This document shows positions 31,536-32,000 of a stretch of DNA of 32,000 nucleotides, one piece after another (within the stretch, counting starts at the first letter, position 1; every line of letters starts with the position of its first letter). The stretch is from Gemmata obscuriglobus (GTDB lineage: Bacteria > Planctomycetota > Planctomycetia > Gemmatales > Gemmataceae): contig NZ_CP042911.1 in NCBI RefSeq assembly GCF_008065095.1, forward strand, positions 5,400,001 to 5,432,000. The letters run 5' to 3'. Position numbers and translations under genes: made by a program. The notes beneath the pieces are model-generated. The model was not told where the DNA came from. It made no database searches and saw only the letters and a program-made list of their open reading frames with translations.

Positions 31536-32000
31536 ATGTTCGCGCGCCGCGACTACATTCGCGATTACATGATGATCCCACCCGGGACCGGCGAGGCCGC
31601 GGTCGTGAACGTGATCGTCGAGATCCCCAAAGGCAAGCGGAACAAGTACGAGGTCGATAAGGTGACCGGGCTCATCAAGCTCGACCGCTACCTCTACAGT
31701 TCCGCTGTGTACCCGGGCGATTACGGGTTCATCCCGCAGACGCTCGCCGAAGACGGCGACCCGCTCGACGCACTGGTCATGGTGAACGAGGCGACGTTTT
31801 CCGGGTGCTTGATCGAGGCCCGTGTAGTGGGCATCTTTCGCATGAAAGACAAGGGCTCGAACGACTTTAAGGTGCTGGCGGTGCCGCACAAGGACCCGCT
31901 TTTCGCACACATCCGAAAGCTCGAAGACGTGCCGACTCACTTCGTCCGTGAGGTCGAGTTCTTCTTCACCACCTACAAGCACCTTGAAGGGGTGTCCGTG
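31536..32000 (+). CDS. ppa: Inorganic pyrophosphatase, family I (5' part; continues past the window end)
   Basis: My own translation gives ...VNVIVEIPKGKRNKYEVDKVTGLIKLDRYLYSSAVYPGDYGFIPQTLAEDGDPLDALVMV...VVGIFRMKDKGSNDFKVLAVPHKDP...FFFTTYKHLEG, which matches the soluble PPase signature (DGDPLD, YPxxYGFIPxT). The frame is open to base 32000, so it is absent from the ORF track. Alternative starts are ATG 31569 and 31572. Confidence 0.85.
   Translation, partial: MFARRDYIRDYMMIPPGTGEAAVVNVIVEIPKGKRNKYEVDKVTGLIKLDRYLYSSAVYPGDYGFIPQTLAEDGDPLDALVMVNEATFSGCLIEARVVGIFRMKDKGSNDFKVLAVPHKDPLFAHIRKLEDVPTHFVREVEFFFTTYKHLEGVSV

Noticed and set aside
31320-31982. 220-aa minus-strand ORF near the window end
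   Set aside because: It is antisense to an unmistakable inorganic pyrophosphatase frame on the plus strand, and its own translation has no recognisable features.

Overview
High-GC window (about two-thirds G+C by eye) that looks like a Planctomycetota chromosome, probably Gemmataceae-like. The pointers are an N-terminal LEDRTVP motif on a giant PATR-repeat surface protein, a Ser/Thr kinase fused to leucine-rich repeats, a BatA/VWA protein and DWPQWMGP-type beta-propellers. I can support 19 protein-coding regions, two of them truncated by the window ends. In order they are: a partial membrane protein, a cysteine-cluster secreted protein, and a small class II cytochrome c. Then come a VirD4/TraG-type coupling ATPase with no predicted TM segment and a 1531-aa surface protein (PATR repeats, Calx-beta, FG-GAP). 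A minus-strand cluster follows: OprO/P-like porin, RND adaptor, RND permease. After it come sbcD and sbcC. Next, on the minus strand, are a BatA/VWA membrane protein and, upstream of it, a zeta-toxin-like P-loop kinase whose 3' end overlaps a 70-aa ORF. The rest are a PQQ-like beta-propeller, a STAS antagonist with an RsbW/SpoIIAB-like kinase, two Hsp20 genes, the LRR receptor kinase, and the 5' part of inorganic pyrophosphatase. I found no rRNA, intact tRNA, CRISPR array, transposase or integrase. Many long ORFs in the track are antisense or out-of-frame shadows of real genes, as expected at this GC content. I do not see one clear novel multi-gene system. The most promising leads are: (1) the orphan coupling ATPase near a tRNA 3'-end look-alike; (2) the kinase/small-ORF pair with reversed toxin-antitoxin gene order; (3) a 109-nt nested inverted repeat between sbcD and sbcC whose two mismatches are both G.U on the sense strand; (4) an RND pump with an OprP-type porin, a ~118-aa insertion and a Pro/His-rich tail; (5) ORF-poor, locally AT-rich spacers at 3350-4181, 24952-25536 and 26410-27010. 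All family assignments come from reading motifs in the translations; no searches were run.
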